Origin: Candidatus Multivoradales bacterium
GTDB lineage: Bacteria; Acidobacteriota; Thermoanaerobaculia; Multivoradales; J023
Assembly: GCA_965248925.1 (NCBI GenBank)
Contig: CBDFLE010000006.1
Coordinates: 544,001-608,000, forward strand
Reading direction: 5' to 3'
Length of the DNA: 64,000 bases
The translations under genes were made by a program, and so were the position numbers. The notes under the pieces were generated by a model, which made no database searches, was not told the origin of the DNA, and saw nothing but the letters and a program-made list of their open reading frames with translations. Positions 47,813 to 57,566 of the stretch are shown here, piece after piece (positions within the stretch are counted from its first letter, which is position 1; every line of letters starts with the position of its first letter).

Positions 47813-50221
47813 CTATTTACAGGTCTTGTTGCCGTTCGGGCCCTTGCACTTGTCCGAGCAGCAGTCGCTGTTCACCGTGCACGAGGCACCGACATCGAAA
47901 CAGCCACCCGTGTCGCACACCGGGTCGCCCAGGCAACTGATATCGGCACAGTCGATGTCGCCGTTGCAGTCGTCGTCGATGCCGTTGTCGCAGATCTCGG
48001 CACCAGCTGAGCAGTCAAGGGCGCAGTTGGCACAGCTCTCGCCAACGTCGCAAGTCAGGTCACCGCAGCAGAAGCTGCCCGGTACCGCTGGGATAGTAGT
48101 GCAGGTGACCCCGCCGCTGGTGCAGCGCGAGTCTGAGCACGACACTGGGTTGGTGCCCCCGCCGTCGCCGCAGCAGTAACGGTTCGAGGGCTTGCCGCTC
48201 TGCCGACCGTTGCAGTCGGCGGCACAGGTCAGGCAGTTCTCGCCATTGCCGGCTTCGCAGATACCGTTGCCGCAGGACGCACCGCTGGTGGTGCCCGAGG
48301 GGCAGTCGCTGCAGTTGTTGCAGTCCTCGCCGAGCTCGCAGATACTGTCGAAATCGCAGATCGGGCAATCGAAACAGCTCGAGGTGTCGAAGCCGTCACA
48401 GGTTGCGTTGCAAGACAAGATGCCGCCGCCGGAACAGCTCTGGGAAGTACAGCTCTCGCCGCCCAGGTCGCCGCCATCGCAGACCTCGTTGCCTTCGATC
48501 ACCCCGTTGCCACAGACCGTCGGCACTACCGAGCAGCTCGAGGTCGAGAACGAGCCGATGTAGGTCGCCCAATTGCTGACCGCGCCACCATTGTCGCGCG
48601 AGTACTCGCCGATGTACCAGAAGGTCACACCATCCGGGTCGACGGCCATTTGTGTGTAGTCGCCCCAACGGTGGGGCGGCGGGTCGTTGGAGAACGAGGT
48701 GTAGGTGACCTCGCCAGCCTTGAGTAGCAGCTCGCCCTGGACGGTGCCCGCCGGGTCGCCGGCTTCACGCAGCGAGACGTAGGTCGCAGCGAAAGTAGTA
48801 GAGCTTCCTTTGGAGTAGCCAATCGCCATGTCGTCGCAGTGGTTGGCGGCGTTGCTCGGGAAGACGCGGTACTCGCCGTTGCTGGCAATGACGCCGGCAT
48901 CGAGCACGGTCAGCGTGGCGGGCTCGATCTGTGCCCAGCGCACGCAATTCACCGTACCGCTGCCTGGGTTACAGGAGATGGCGTTCGACATCCACAGGTT
49001 GCCGTTGCGCCAGGTGGTGCTCTGACCACGGAAGTCGTTGCCCTGCAGGTTGGCGCTCGAGCCGGCCTGCGGCCAATCGATGGTCTGGCCGGCGGTGACG
49101 CCGGTGGCGGTGGTCAGGTTGACGTTACCGATACGGGTCAGGGTGTTAGCGCCGAACGGATCGGCCCAGCTCCAGATGGTGTGGTTATTGCCGTCAAAGA
49201 CCTCGGTCATGATGTAGTGCGGACCGCTGCTCGGCCATGTACCGGTGTTGAAACCGGTCAACTGGGCCGGCTGCGGCGTGCCGTCGTTGCCGGTGCTCTG
49301 GCTGACCACGGTCAGCGAGCCCGAGCCGGCGTAGAGCGCCGTCTTGTCGATGGCGAATACCCGCGCCTCGGCGAAGCTCACCTGGCCAAACTGGTTCGAG
49401 CCCATGTAGATCGCGTCGAGACCGACGCCGATGTGCGGGAAGTCGAAGAAGTTGCCGCCGATATCGGTGGCGAAGCCGTAGCGGTTCCAGGTACCGGTAG
49501 GATCGGAGCCGGTGGTGGCGGCGATGCAGTAGTCGGTGCCGCCACCGTCGATACCGATGACGAAGCGGTCGGTCGACTCGTCGTAGCGCGCGTTGGGATC
49601 GAAGACGCCGGTGTTGGAGCAGCCGCTGGTACCGGCGAAGAAGCTCGAGAAGGTGGTCGCCGCGGTCAGCACGGTGCCGGTCTTGTCGTAGATCTCGAAG
49701 GCCACGTTGGTGACTGCGATGATGTGGTTCGGGCCAACCGCCAGCTCCGGATCCGGCGGCGCGGAGCCGCCGCCGCCGCAGCACTCGGTGAAGTTGATCG
49801 CTTCGAAGCCGACGCCAGCCGACACCGACTTGCTGAGGTTCGGGCCGACGATGTGGATCTTGTCGCTGGGCGGCAGGCTCATCGCCGCTTCACGCTGCCT
49901 GGCCATCTCCTCGTCAGAGATCGGCGAATCGATCCGGCCGCCGCCGCGGAAAGGCTGATCACGCTTGTTGTGTGGATCGAAGACCCCGGCTGGAACCGAC
50001 GCCAGGTCGATCGGGAAAGGGCCGGTGGCCTGGTAGGTCAGCGATTGCGCCGCCGGCAGTCGTCCGGTGGCCTTGAAATCTGCCCGGTCGGCCGGCGACT
50101 GGGCGCCGGGAGCTGCGGCTATCTCTACCGATGCCGCCGGGCTGGGAGCGGGGACAGTGCTACAGCTGACCACTAAAGCAGTCAGCGCGAGAAACAAGCA
50201 AACCGTCAGGACTCTACGCAT
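47813..50221 (-). CDS. Lipoprotein with a propeller-like core and a cysteine-rich repeat tail
   Basis: Lipobox LVVSC; PPDPELAVGPNHI, RWGDY; CGNG repeats; EICDNGIDDDCNG; terminal C-C-CC-C-C module. Confidence 0.8.
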   Translation of the reverse strand: MRRVLTVCLFLALTALVVSCSTVPAPSPAASVEIAAAPGAQSPADRADFKATGRLPAAQSLTYQATGPFPIDLASVPAGVFDPHNKRDQPFRGGGRIDSPISDEEMARQREAAMSLPPSDKIHIVGPNLSKSVSAGVGFEAINFTECCGGGGSAPPDPELAVGPNHIIAVTNVAFEIYDKTGTVLTAATTFSSFFAGTSGCSNTGVFDPNARYDESTDRFVIGIDGGGTDYCIAATTGSDPTGTWNRYGFATDIGGNFFDFPHIGVGLDAIYMGSNQFGQVSFAEARVFAIDKTALYAGSGSLTVVSQSTGNDGTPQPAQLTGFNTGTWPSSGPHYIMTEVFDGNNHTIWSWADPFGANTLTRIGNVNLTTATGVTAGQTIDWPQAGSSANLQGNDFRGQSTTWRNGNLWMSNAISCNPGSGTVNCVRWAQIEPATLTVLDAGVIASNGEYRVFPSNAANHCDDMAIGYSKGSSTTFAATYVSLREAGDPAGTVQGELLLKAGEVTYTSFSNDPPPHRWGDYTQMAVDPDGVTFWYIGEYSRDNGGAVSNWATYIGSFSTSSCSVVPTVCGNGVIEGNEVCDGGDLGGESCTSQSCSGGGILSCNATCDGFDTSSCFDCPICDFDSICELGEDCNNCSDCPSGTTSGASCGNGICEAGNGENCLTCAADCNGRQSGKPSNRYCCGDGGGTNPVSCSDSRCTSGGVTCTTIPAVPGSFCCGDLTCDVGESCANCALDCSAGAEICDNGIDDDCNGDIDCADISCLGDPVCDTGGCFDVGASCTVNSDCCSDKCKGPNGNKTCK

Positions 50222-50400
50222 TCTTTCGTTCTCCTAAAGCTCATCTTCTCAAGAGCCACCTCGGCCACTCCGAGACGTTCTCTTCGGGAGGAATCCACCA
50301 AGCTGGATGGGCTGCAGCGGAAGCCCAGCGGAGCTGGCTGCGCCACACACCCGTAATAATCCGACTCGCCGAGGCACGGAAGGCTCCCGGACAGACTGCT

Positions 50401-50462
50401 CCTTTAGATCTAAAGGGTGTCGCAGCTCAGCGTTTGATATAGGTGAGCAGAACTTTCTGCTC
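50401..50462. promoter_or_regulatory. Two palindromes upstream of the Cys-rich lipoprotein gene
   Basis: CCTTTAGATCTAAAGG (50401-50416, perfect) and GAGCAGAA-CT-TTCTGCTC (50445-50462). Confidence 0.5.
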
Positions 50463-50538
50463 TGGACCGGCTACTGAGCGCTAGTGCAGCGCAGGAATCT
50501 CGCCCTCAAGCATCACCTTTCCTACAGCCCTCGCCGAC

Positions 50539-53500
50539 CTACTGCCAATAGCCGGCCAGAGTTCGCGGGGTCAGTCCGCGGCCGGCGACCTCGATGTCGA
50601 CATCGCGCCAAGCGGCGTTGCTTTGCTCGCTGGGGTAGTAGGTCAGCAGGTATTGGGAGCGCAGCTCCTGCTCGATGTCTTCGTAGACCTCATCCAGGTT
50701 GCGGTAGTCCTTGGCGTAGTACAAGCGACCGCCGACTGACTCCACCAGACGGCTGGCGCGGGAAGTGAAGGAACGGGTAAAAAGGGTCAGGCCATCGCTC
50801 TGGGGCTCGTGCTTCATCAAGATCAGATAGACCGGCACACCCATGCGCTTGGCGATTCTGAGGCAGGAGCGGAAGGGGAACTCGTCGTCTTCGTCGGCGC
50901 CGTCAGAAAACACCACCAACGCCTTGCGACCCCGCACCCCTTGCAGCTGCACCAGCGAGAACACCACCGACTCCCACAACGCCGTGCGGCCGTCGGCCGA
51001 CAGGTCGTCGATGGCGCGCAGCATGCGGGAAAGGTCCCCTGTGGTGCCGCGGGCCAAGCGCGGTTTACTATCGAAGTCGACCAGGAATGCGCGATCCGTT
51101 GCGGTGAAGGTCGATTGCAAAAAGCGCGCCGCCGCCTGCTGCACCAGCGGTAGCTTGACGAACATGCTGGCTGAGGAGTCGATCGCCATGCCGAGGGTCA
51201 GGGGCAGCTCGGAGGCGTCGCTGAAGCTGGCGATCCGCTGCTCGACCCCCTCTTCGCGAATGCGGAAATCTGCCTTCTTCAGCCCCCGTACCGGTCGGCC
51301 GCGACGATCGGTGACGACGACGTTGAGTTCCACCAAATTGACGTTGACCTGCTCGCTGGCCTCCGGTCCATTGACGAAGACAACATCCTCGGCCACGCTA
51401 CCGTCATCGAGCAACGCCACCACCCGCACGTAACCCACCGGCGAATTCTCGGGCACCACCACCCGATGGACAAAAGGCGCCCGATACAGGGTCGCGACCT
51501 GGCGGTTGTTCCAGAAAAAAAGCACCCGATCGAGTTGCCTCTCCAAGGGCACCGTGACCGACGCTTCGAACTCGATCGGACCGGTGCCGCGCAACTTGGA
51601 TGGACGCACGATGTCGACCGCCAGCCCACCGCCGCCGGCATTGAGCACCACTGAATCGCGACCCAGCTCGTCGCCGCGGGCGTCGTAGGCCACCGCGGTG
51701 AGAGTGCGGCGATGAGGATTGCGACCGAGCCCAATCCTGGCCCCGAAGGGTGCCCGATCGCGCTCCGCGACCTCGCGCTCATCGAGCAAGTAAACCACCC
51801 GGACAACTTTTGGATCGTAGACCTCGGCATCGAATTTTACCCGACCGCGCAACAGCTGGTCTTCAGGACGCAGAATCTCGATCACCGTCGGCGGTGGGAT
51901 GAACTCCTCATCGGCCTCTGCCCAGCTGCCAGCCACCACCGCCGCCAACGAGCCGCCCCACAATCCACCGTCGAGATCCTCCACCAGGACCGCTGCTTGG
52001 CGAGCCTCGCCGGGCAACTCGATGGCGGTGCGGTAATACCAATCGGCCAGGCCACGCAGATCCTGGGGCGCCAACAGCTCGCTACGCACCCACGGTTCAC
52101 CACCGGGCAAGGCCACCGCGACGGTGACCCGCAGCAATGCCTGATCGAAGCTCAGATCGTCGACGGCCAGGGATTTCAGGCTGACCCGCGCTTCGAGATC
52201 GCCCGCCGCCGGTAAAGCTAGACCTTCTTCGAGTCGCAACACGGCGGCAACATCGAGCCCGCCCTCGGCCTCACTACCGGCTAGCAACCGCCCCATGCGT
52301 GCTCGGCTGACCGCCAGGGGAGTGCCGTGCGCAGCCCAGCGCCGACTTCGCGCCACCAATCCCGGCCGGTTAGTGGTGACTTCGACCCGGCGCAACTCGC
52401 CATCGGCCGGCGCAAGATAGTTGTAGACCACCTCCAAACGACCGTCGAGGCGGCGCAGGGCATCGCGCAAGCCAGAGTCGCTTTCGACCACTTCGCCACC
52501 ACTGGCAATCGCCAATTGGCGTAGGGGCTGCAACGGCCGAACCAGCTCGACGACTGGCGTTGGAGCCTCCTCAGCACGAGCTTCACGACGTTCACGACGA
52601 CGGCGCAGCAACTCTCCGGGACGTACCGTCACCCCTGGCGTCACCGTGCTCTCACCCCGTTGGTCGGTGGTCTCAAGAGTCGAGAAGCGGTCGCCAAGCC
52701 CACCGTCTTCAACCGGCAGAACTAGTGGCAAGACAGTCCAACCGAGGGCGGAGAGCGCCCGCGCGGTGGTCGCCACCTCCTCGCTCAGAACCTTGCTCGG
52801 AGCAGCTCCGCGGAGCAGCTCGCCGAGGGTCACGGGGCTCAGCCGAGCAGCCCAGAATCCGAACGGGTCGAGATCGAAACCATCTTGCACTAGCACCAGC
52901 AGCCGCGGACCACGGGCGGGACGATCGCCGGCCCAAGCCAAGATCGAACTCTGCTGGCGGCGAACCAGAGCGATCTCGCGATCGATCGCGGCCCGCACCA
53001 GCTCGGCCGCTGAGCCCGCTACTGAATCCGCGGCGGCGAGTTCGGCGAGAGCCGAGCGGCGTAACTCAAGAATCTCCTGGCGGCCAGACCGCTGCAAGGC
53101 CAGCAGCGAGAGGCGCTCGCCCAAGGCCAGCGAATCGCGACTCTCGAACAAGGTCTCGGGCTCCGGATCGGCGACGACTATCTCGACTTCGCCAAGTCCG
53201 ACCAACTCCGCCGCCACCGCCGACAACGCCTCGACACCGCGGCGCAGAGTGCTGGAGCGGGCCAACACCGGGTCGAGATAGAGCGCCACTCGCACCGCTT
53301 CATGGGGTGCCCCGAGAGAACTCACCGCAATGGCCTGACCGCCGTCGAAGGCACTCAGCTCGCCGCTCTGCAAGTTGTCAGGCCGGCGCCCGCGGGCATC
53401 GGCCACCTCCAGCCACAATCGCACTTCGCGTTCGATTGCTGCCGCAGCTGCCGGCTCCTGTTGCGCAACAGGAGCCGACTGCGGCCCGAGCAAAGTCAAG

Positions 53501-53589
53501 AGCAGCGTCAAGATGGCCGCCACCCGCCAACGAGGCGTGAGTCGAGGTCCGAGCAAAGAAGCTAAGAGGGTAGGCGAGAGAGCTTTCAT
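50539..53589 (-). CDS. Secreted VWA-domain protein with Ig-like domains (acidobacterial VWFA-related type)
   Basis: VNLVELNVVVTDRRGRPVRGL, AIDSSASM (MIDAS), TALWES, FSDGAD, ELRSQYLLTY; degenerate N-terminal VWA-like region. Start placed at ATG 53589. Confidence 0.85.
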   Translation of the reverse strand: MKALSPTLLASLLGPRLTPRWRVAAILTLLLTLLGPQSAPVAQQEPAAAAAIEREVRLWLEVADARGRRPDNLQSGELSAFDGGQAIAVSSLGAPHEAVRVALYLDPVLARSSTLRRGVEALSAVAAELVGLGEVEIVVADPEPETLFESRDSLALGERLSLLALQRSGRQEILELRRSALAELAAADSVAGSAAELVRAAIDREIALVRRQQSSILAWAGDRPARGPRLLVLVQDGFDLDPFGFWAARLSPVTLGELLRGAAPSKVLSEEVATTARALSALGWTVLPLVLPVEDGGLGDRFSTLETTDQRGESTVTPGVTVRPGELLRRRRERREARAEEAPTPVVELVRPLQPLRQLAIASGGEVVESDSGLRDALRRLDGRLEVVYNYLAPADGELRRVEVTTNRPGLVARSRRWAAHGTPLAVSRARMGRLLAGSEAEGGLDVAAVLRLEEGLALPAAGDLEARVSLKSLAVDDLSFDQALLRVTVAVALPGGEPWVRSELLAPQDLRGLADWYYRTAIELPGEARQAAVLVEDLDGGLWGGSLAAVVAGSWAEADEEFIPPPTVIEILRPEDQLLRGRVKFDAEVYDPKVVRVVYLLDEREVAERDRAPFGARIGLGRNPHRRTLTAVAYDARGDELGRDSVVLNAGGGGLAVDIVRPSKLRGTGPIEFEASVTVPLERQLDRVLFFWNNRQVATLYRAPFVHRVVVPENSPVGYVRVVALLDDGSVAEDVVFVNGPEASEQVNVNLVELNVVVTDRRGRPVRGLKKADFRIREEGVEQRIASFSDASELPLTLGMAIDSSASMFVKLPLVQQAAARFLQSTFTATDRAFLVDFDSKPRLARGTTGDLSRMLRAIDDLSADGRTALWESVVFSLVQLQGVRGRKALVVFSDGADEDDEFPFRSCLRIAKRMGVPVYLILMKHEPQSDGLTLFTRSFTSRASRLVESVGGRLYYAKDYRNLDEVYEDIEQELRSQYLLTYYPSEQSNAAWRDVDIEVAGRGLTPRTLAGYWQ

Positions 53590-53892
53590 CAAGGGTCGGG
53601 TTTCCTTGTCCACCCATCGGTTACGCAGCCAACAGGAGCATGGTTCTGGATAATGGCATTGCATCCGCCAACGCACGCGGCAAATGGCGGCCTGGCCAAC
53701 TCAAAGGGGTATGCAAGGCTGGTTCCACCGCCACCGACCCAACCTCTCGACCCGCCGCAGCGACTATATCCGTCAGGTGTCGCAAACATCGGACAGCCCT
53801 GTCGACCCAGGCGAGAACTGCCGGTTGACCCGGGTGCCAGGGTTACCTTCCCCTGCTATGATCTGCGAGTTCTCAACCCTAGAGGTTTGTTT

Positions 53893-54978
53893 ATGGAAGA
53901 TTTCTACGGCCAACTCGAAAACTGGTCCGGAGAAGGTGTGGTTGTCCGTCACGACTCCCTCACCGGCAGCCGCTTTCTCATCGCCTTGCACGACAGCACC
54001 TTCGGCCCAGCTGCCGGTGGTACGCGGATGAAGAGCTATCCGACCCCGGACGACGCCCTCTGCGACGTGCTGCGGTTAGCCGAGGGGATGACCTACAAAT
54101 GGACCGCCCTCGGCCTGGAGTATGGCGGCGGCAAGGCGGTGATCGATATCCCCAGCGGACTCGATGACAACGCTAGGCGCGGTCTGCTGGAGCGCTACGG
54201 CGAGTTGCTGCAAACTCTCCGTGGCAGCTACATCACCGGCGCCGACCTCGGCACTTCAGCAGACGACATGGCTTTGATCGCCACCCGCACCCACCATGTG
54301 CTCGGCGTCGATCACCGCAGCGGTCGTGGCTTCGATCCGGGCCAATACACCGCCCACGGTGTCCATCAAGGGATCCGCGCCGCCCTCGAATCGGTCTTCG
54401 GCAGTCCCGACCCGGCGGGCCGTACTATCTTGGTCCAAGGCCTCGGGGGAGTCGGCGGTCCGCTGGCTCGCGCCCTCGCCGCCGCGGGTGCCAGGCTGCT
54501 GCTCTCCGACCTAGACAGCCAGCGGGCCGAGAAGTTCGCCGCCGAAGTGGGTGGCACGGCGGTCGCCGGCGACGCGGTCTACGGCTGCGAGTGTGACCTC
54601 TACGCTCCTTGCGCCATCGGCGCCACCCTCAATCCCGATTCCATCCCCCGTTTGCGGTGCCGAATCGTCGCTGGCGCCGCCAACAACCAATTGCTCACCG
54701 ACGCAGACGCCAAGCGCCTGGCCCAACGCGACATCCTCTACGTCACCGACTACGTGATAAACGGTGGCGGTGCCCAAGCCATCGCCCTGATGCATCAGGG
54801 AATCTACGATCGCCAAGAACTGATGACTCGCATCGCCACCATCGGTGACACCGTCGCCCGCATCCTGAGCGAGGCAAGCGAGACCCACACCGATCCCTTG
54901 GCAGTCACCCGCCGCCAAGTCAAGCGCAAGCTAGCCGAGCGGCGGGCAGAGACAGCAGGCGTGGTCGTCGAAGTCTGA
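53893..54978 (+). CDS. Glu/Leu/Phe/Val dehydrogenase (leucine dehydrogenase-like)
   Basis: GGTRM, GMTYK, GGGKAVI, QGLGGVG, AGAANNQL; extended -10 element at 53854. Confidence 0.93.
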   Translation: MEDFYGQLENWSGEGVVVRHDSLTGSRFLIALHDSTFGPAAGGTRMKSYPTPDDALCDVLRLAEGMTYKWTALGLEYGGGKAVIDIPSGLDDNARRGLLERYGELLQTLRGSYITGADLGTSADDMALIATRTHHVLGVDHRSGRGFDPGQYTAHGVHQGIRAALESVFGSPDPAGRTILVQGLGGVGGPLARALAAAGARLLLSDLDSQRAEKFAAEVGGTAVAGDAVYGCECDLYAPCAIGATLNPDSIPRLRCRIVAGAANNQLLTDADAKRLAQRDILYVTDYVINGGGAQAIALMHQGIYDRQELMTRIATIGDTVARILSEASETHTDPLAVTRRQVKRKLAERRAETAGVVVEV

Positions 54979-54998
54979 GGATTCAGCGCTTTGCTCTC

Positions 54999-55250
54999 TT
55001 GCGGTCGACGAGGTGGCAGTCAGGAAGTCTGCGAGGCCCGTACCTGCTCTTCTTCTCTAGCAATGAGGAAGACGAACCGCCGCACATCCATGTGCAGCAC
55101 AATCGCAAATTGGCCAATTTCTGGCTCGAGCTCGTCCGGCTGGCCGCTTCGACCCACTTCAGCACCCACGAACTCAACCGGCTTCGACAGGTCGTCGAGA
55201 ACAACGAGACCCTACTCTTGGAGGCATGGAATGAGCACTTCCGTCGCTGA
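54999..55250 (+). CDS. DUF4160 family protein, N-terminus apparently eroded
   Basis: GPYLLFFSSNEEDEPPHIHV...ANFWLE...LLEAWNEHF; no MPT-type start. Confidence 0.7.
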   Translation: MRSTRWQSGSLRGPYLLFFSSNEEDEPPHIHVQHNRKLANFWLELVRLAASTHFSTHELNRLRQVVENNETLLLEAWNEHFRR

Positions 55251-55494
55251 AGATCGCGCCCTGGCCCGCCGGGTCAAGGTCACGGAAGACGAATTGCAGG
55301 TCGAGCTGGACGATGGCCGGAAGCTCACCGTGCCATTGGCCTGGTTTCCACGTCTGCTCCGAGCTTCGCCCGCAGCCCGCGGAAAGTGGGAACTCCTCGG
55401 CCAAGGTGAAGGTATCCACTGGCCAGAAGCCGACGAGGATCTTAGCGTCAGTGGATTGTTAGCCGGCAGGGGTAGAGCAATTCCCGCCAGCTGA
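55231..55494 (+). CDS. DUF2442 family protein
   Basis: VELDDGRKLTVPLAWFPRL, GIHWPEADEDLSVSGLL; GGAGG RBS. Confidence 0.9.
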   Translation: MSTSVAEDRALARRVKVTEDELQVELDDGRKLTVPLAWFPRLLRASPAARGKWELLGQGEGIHWPEADEDLSVSGLLAGRGRAIPAS

Positions 55495-55498
55495 TCCC

Positions 55499-57253
55499 TC
55501 AGATAATCAGCCGCACGCCGCCCAGGTCGGCGAGACCGTAGGGAAAGCGGTCGCCGGGGGAGCCGATGAACATGAAGTTCTGCGGGATATCCCACTTCGC
55601 CGACAGCTCATTGATTAGATCAGGTCCAAAATCACCGTCCACGACTTCAAAGTCGATGCTGATCTGGGGATAGATCTCGTCGAGATTCTTGATGTCTTGT
55701 TCGAGACGATCGGGAATGTCGGCTTCGTCGGTGGCGGCGAGCACCACCTTGATGTTGTTCGTGTGCTCGTTGCTCTTGACGTAAAGCATGGCGCGGTTGA
55801 GGCTGGCGATGCTGTCGCCACGGGTGAAGAAAACCACCTGCTGCCCATTGATCGCTTCAATCTTCAGCCGTAGCTTCTCGGACACCCCACTGGCCCAACG
55901 CAATACCACCTTGCTCACCGAACGGACGGTGAACATCAAGGCATTGAGCAGACCGATGCGCCCGAGCATGATGAGAATGATCGCCATGGTTGGCAGGAAG
56001 TAGTAGAGGAAGACCCCGACGTATTTCGGATTCATGGTCGCGTTGCCGATCAGCGCTGCCAGCACCGCGGTGATACCAATGAACAGTGAGAACCAGCTCG
56101 CCCGCTCGGGACGAGGCAAGCGACGACGACGAACCTTGAGCAAGATGTTACCGATGCCGAACAACGCCATCACCGCCAAGAAGGAGAGGGTGTAGACCCC
56201 GGCCAAGGCGCCGAGTTCACCCTTGGTCAACAGCAGCACCGAAACACAGAGCACGAAGAAGCCGAGGATGATGCGATGAGAAGTGCCACGCCGATTGGTC
56301 ACCAGCAGGTTCTGCGGCAAGCAGCGGTCGAGCGTCATCCGTCGCATCAAACCGACCACGCCGACAAAGGAGGTCAACACCGCGCCGCTGAGCACCAGAG
56401 AGGCGTCCACCGAGATCACGATGGCCAACCAGTCGCCGCCAGCGATCCTTCCCATATGCGACAGCAGCGCCTCCCTATGCTCTCCAACATCGGCCAGCGG
56501 TACCAGCGACAGGGCCAGCAGGGCAATCGCCGGGTTGAAAAAACCGACCGTCAGCCACATGTTGCGCAACGTCTTGGGGAACACTCCCTTGTCCTGCTCC
56601 TCGACGAAATTAGCCGAAGACTCAAAGCCTGAGATACCGAGCATGGCGGCCGAGAAGCCCAGGAAGAGGGCCTGCGGGATGCTGCCCGTCACCGGCTCCG
56701 CCAGATTCAGGCTGAGCGTCTCGGTACCACTGCGCAGCAGCCACAGACCGCCGACCACCAGCAGCAGGACCAACGAGGTGAGGTGGGTGATGAAGATCAA
56801 CACCGCCACCTTGGCCGACTCGCCGATGCCGATCACACTGAGCACGGCGAATAGGGCCAGCAGCGCGATGGTGGTGGCCATCACCGGCATGCCGTGCCAC
56901 AGCGAGTGCGCATAGTGGATCGCTTCACTGGCTGAAATCACCGCGGTGGCCATGTAGGAGAGGATGGTCAGGCAAGCCGCCACCGAAGCCACCCGCTTGC
57001 TGGTGGTGTTGAGCAGCGCGTTGTAGGCGCCGCCGTTGAGCGGTAGCGCACCGACCACCTCGCCGTAGATGCCGCGGAAAAAGAACAGCACCGCGGCGAC
57101 CATCAGCAGAGCCACCGGCGCCAACTTGCCGGCATACATGATCGACAAGGCCGAAACGTAGAGGCAAGACGAAGAGATGTCGTTACCGCAGATCGCGGTC
57201 GCCAGCAGTTGCGTCAGCTTCTGCGGCTTATGCTCCGTGAGTTGTTTGGCCAT
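55499..57253 (-). CDS. APC-family amino acid permease
   Basis: ATAICGNDISSSCLY, NGGAYNAL, GISGFESSAN; about 12 TM helices plus a soluble C-terminal domain. Confidence 0.9.
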   Translation of the reverse strand: MAKQLTEHKPQKLTQLLATAICGNDISSSCLYVSALSIMYAGKLAPVALLMVAAVLFFFRGIYGEVVGALPLNGGAYNALLNTTSKRVASVAACLTILSYMATAVISASEAIHYAHSLWHGMPVMATTIALLALFAVLSVIGIGESAKVAVLIFITHLTSLVLLLVVGGLWLLRSGTETLSLNLAEPVTGSIPQALFLGFSAAMLGISGFESSANFVEEQDKGVFPKTLRNMWLTVGFFNPAIALLALSLVPLADVGEHREALLSHMGRIAGGDWLAIVISVDASLVLSGAVLTSFVGVVGLMRRMTLDRCLPQNLLVTNRRGTSHRIILGFFVLCVSVLLLTKGELGALAGVYTLSFLAVMALFGIGNILLKVRRRRLPRPERASWFSLFIGITAVLAALIGNATMNPKYVGVFLYYFLPTMAIILIMLGRIGLLNALMFTVRSVSKVVLRWASGVSEKLRLKIEAINGQQVVFFTRGDSIASLNRAMLYVKSNEHTNNIKVVLAATDEADIPDRLEQDIKNLDEIYPQISIDFEVVDGDFGPDLINELSAKWDIPQNFMFIGSPGDRFPYGLADLGGVRLII

Positions 57254-57302
57254 GGCGCGCTATCTTGCCGCAAATCGCCGCCACGGGGCAAGCACATAAC
57301 AA

Positions 57303-57332
57303 TTGACTATAGTCATGACCATGGTTAATAAT
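57303..57332 (+). promoter_or_regulatory. TA promoter with a tandem palindromic operator
   Basis: TTGACT -35 and AT-rich -10; TGACTATAGTCA (57304-15) directly followed by TGACCATGGTTA (57316-27). Confidence 0.8.
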
Positions 57333-57338
57333 ACCGCA

Positions 57339-57566
57339 ATGAAGACTATCAACGCTTCGACCTTCAAGAGTCAGTGCCTGCAACTGATGGACCGGGTGGC
57401 GAGCACCGGAGAGAAGCTGGTGATTACCAAGCACGGCAAACCGGTATCGCTACTATCGCCTTTCCCAGAGCGCTCATCGACCCTTTTCGCTCGCCACCGC
57501 GAGAGTCTGACCATCCACGGCGATATCCTCGCGCCGATCGATGAATCGTGGGACGCCGAGCAGTGA
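57339..57566 (+). CDS. Phd/YefM-family antitoxin
   Basis: MKTINASTFKSQCLQLMDRV...VITKHGKPV. Confidence 0.92.
   Translation: MKTINASTFKSQCLQLMDRVASTGEKLVITKHGKPVSLLSPFPERSSTLFARHRESLTIHGDILAPIDESWDAEQ

Noticed and set aside
53590-53892. Riboswitch or small ORF upstream of the amino acid dehydrogenase
   Set aside because: No recognisable riboswitch consensus or coding motif; only an extended -10 element.
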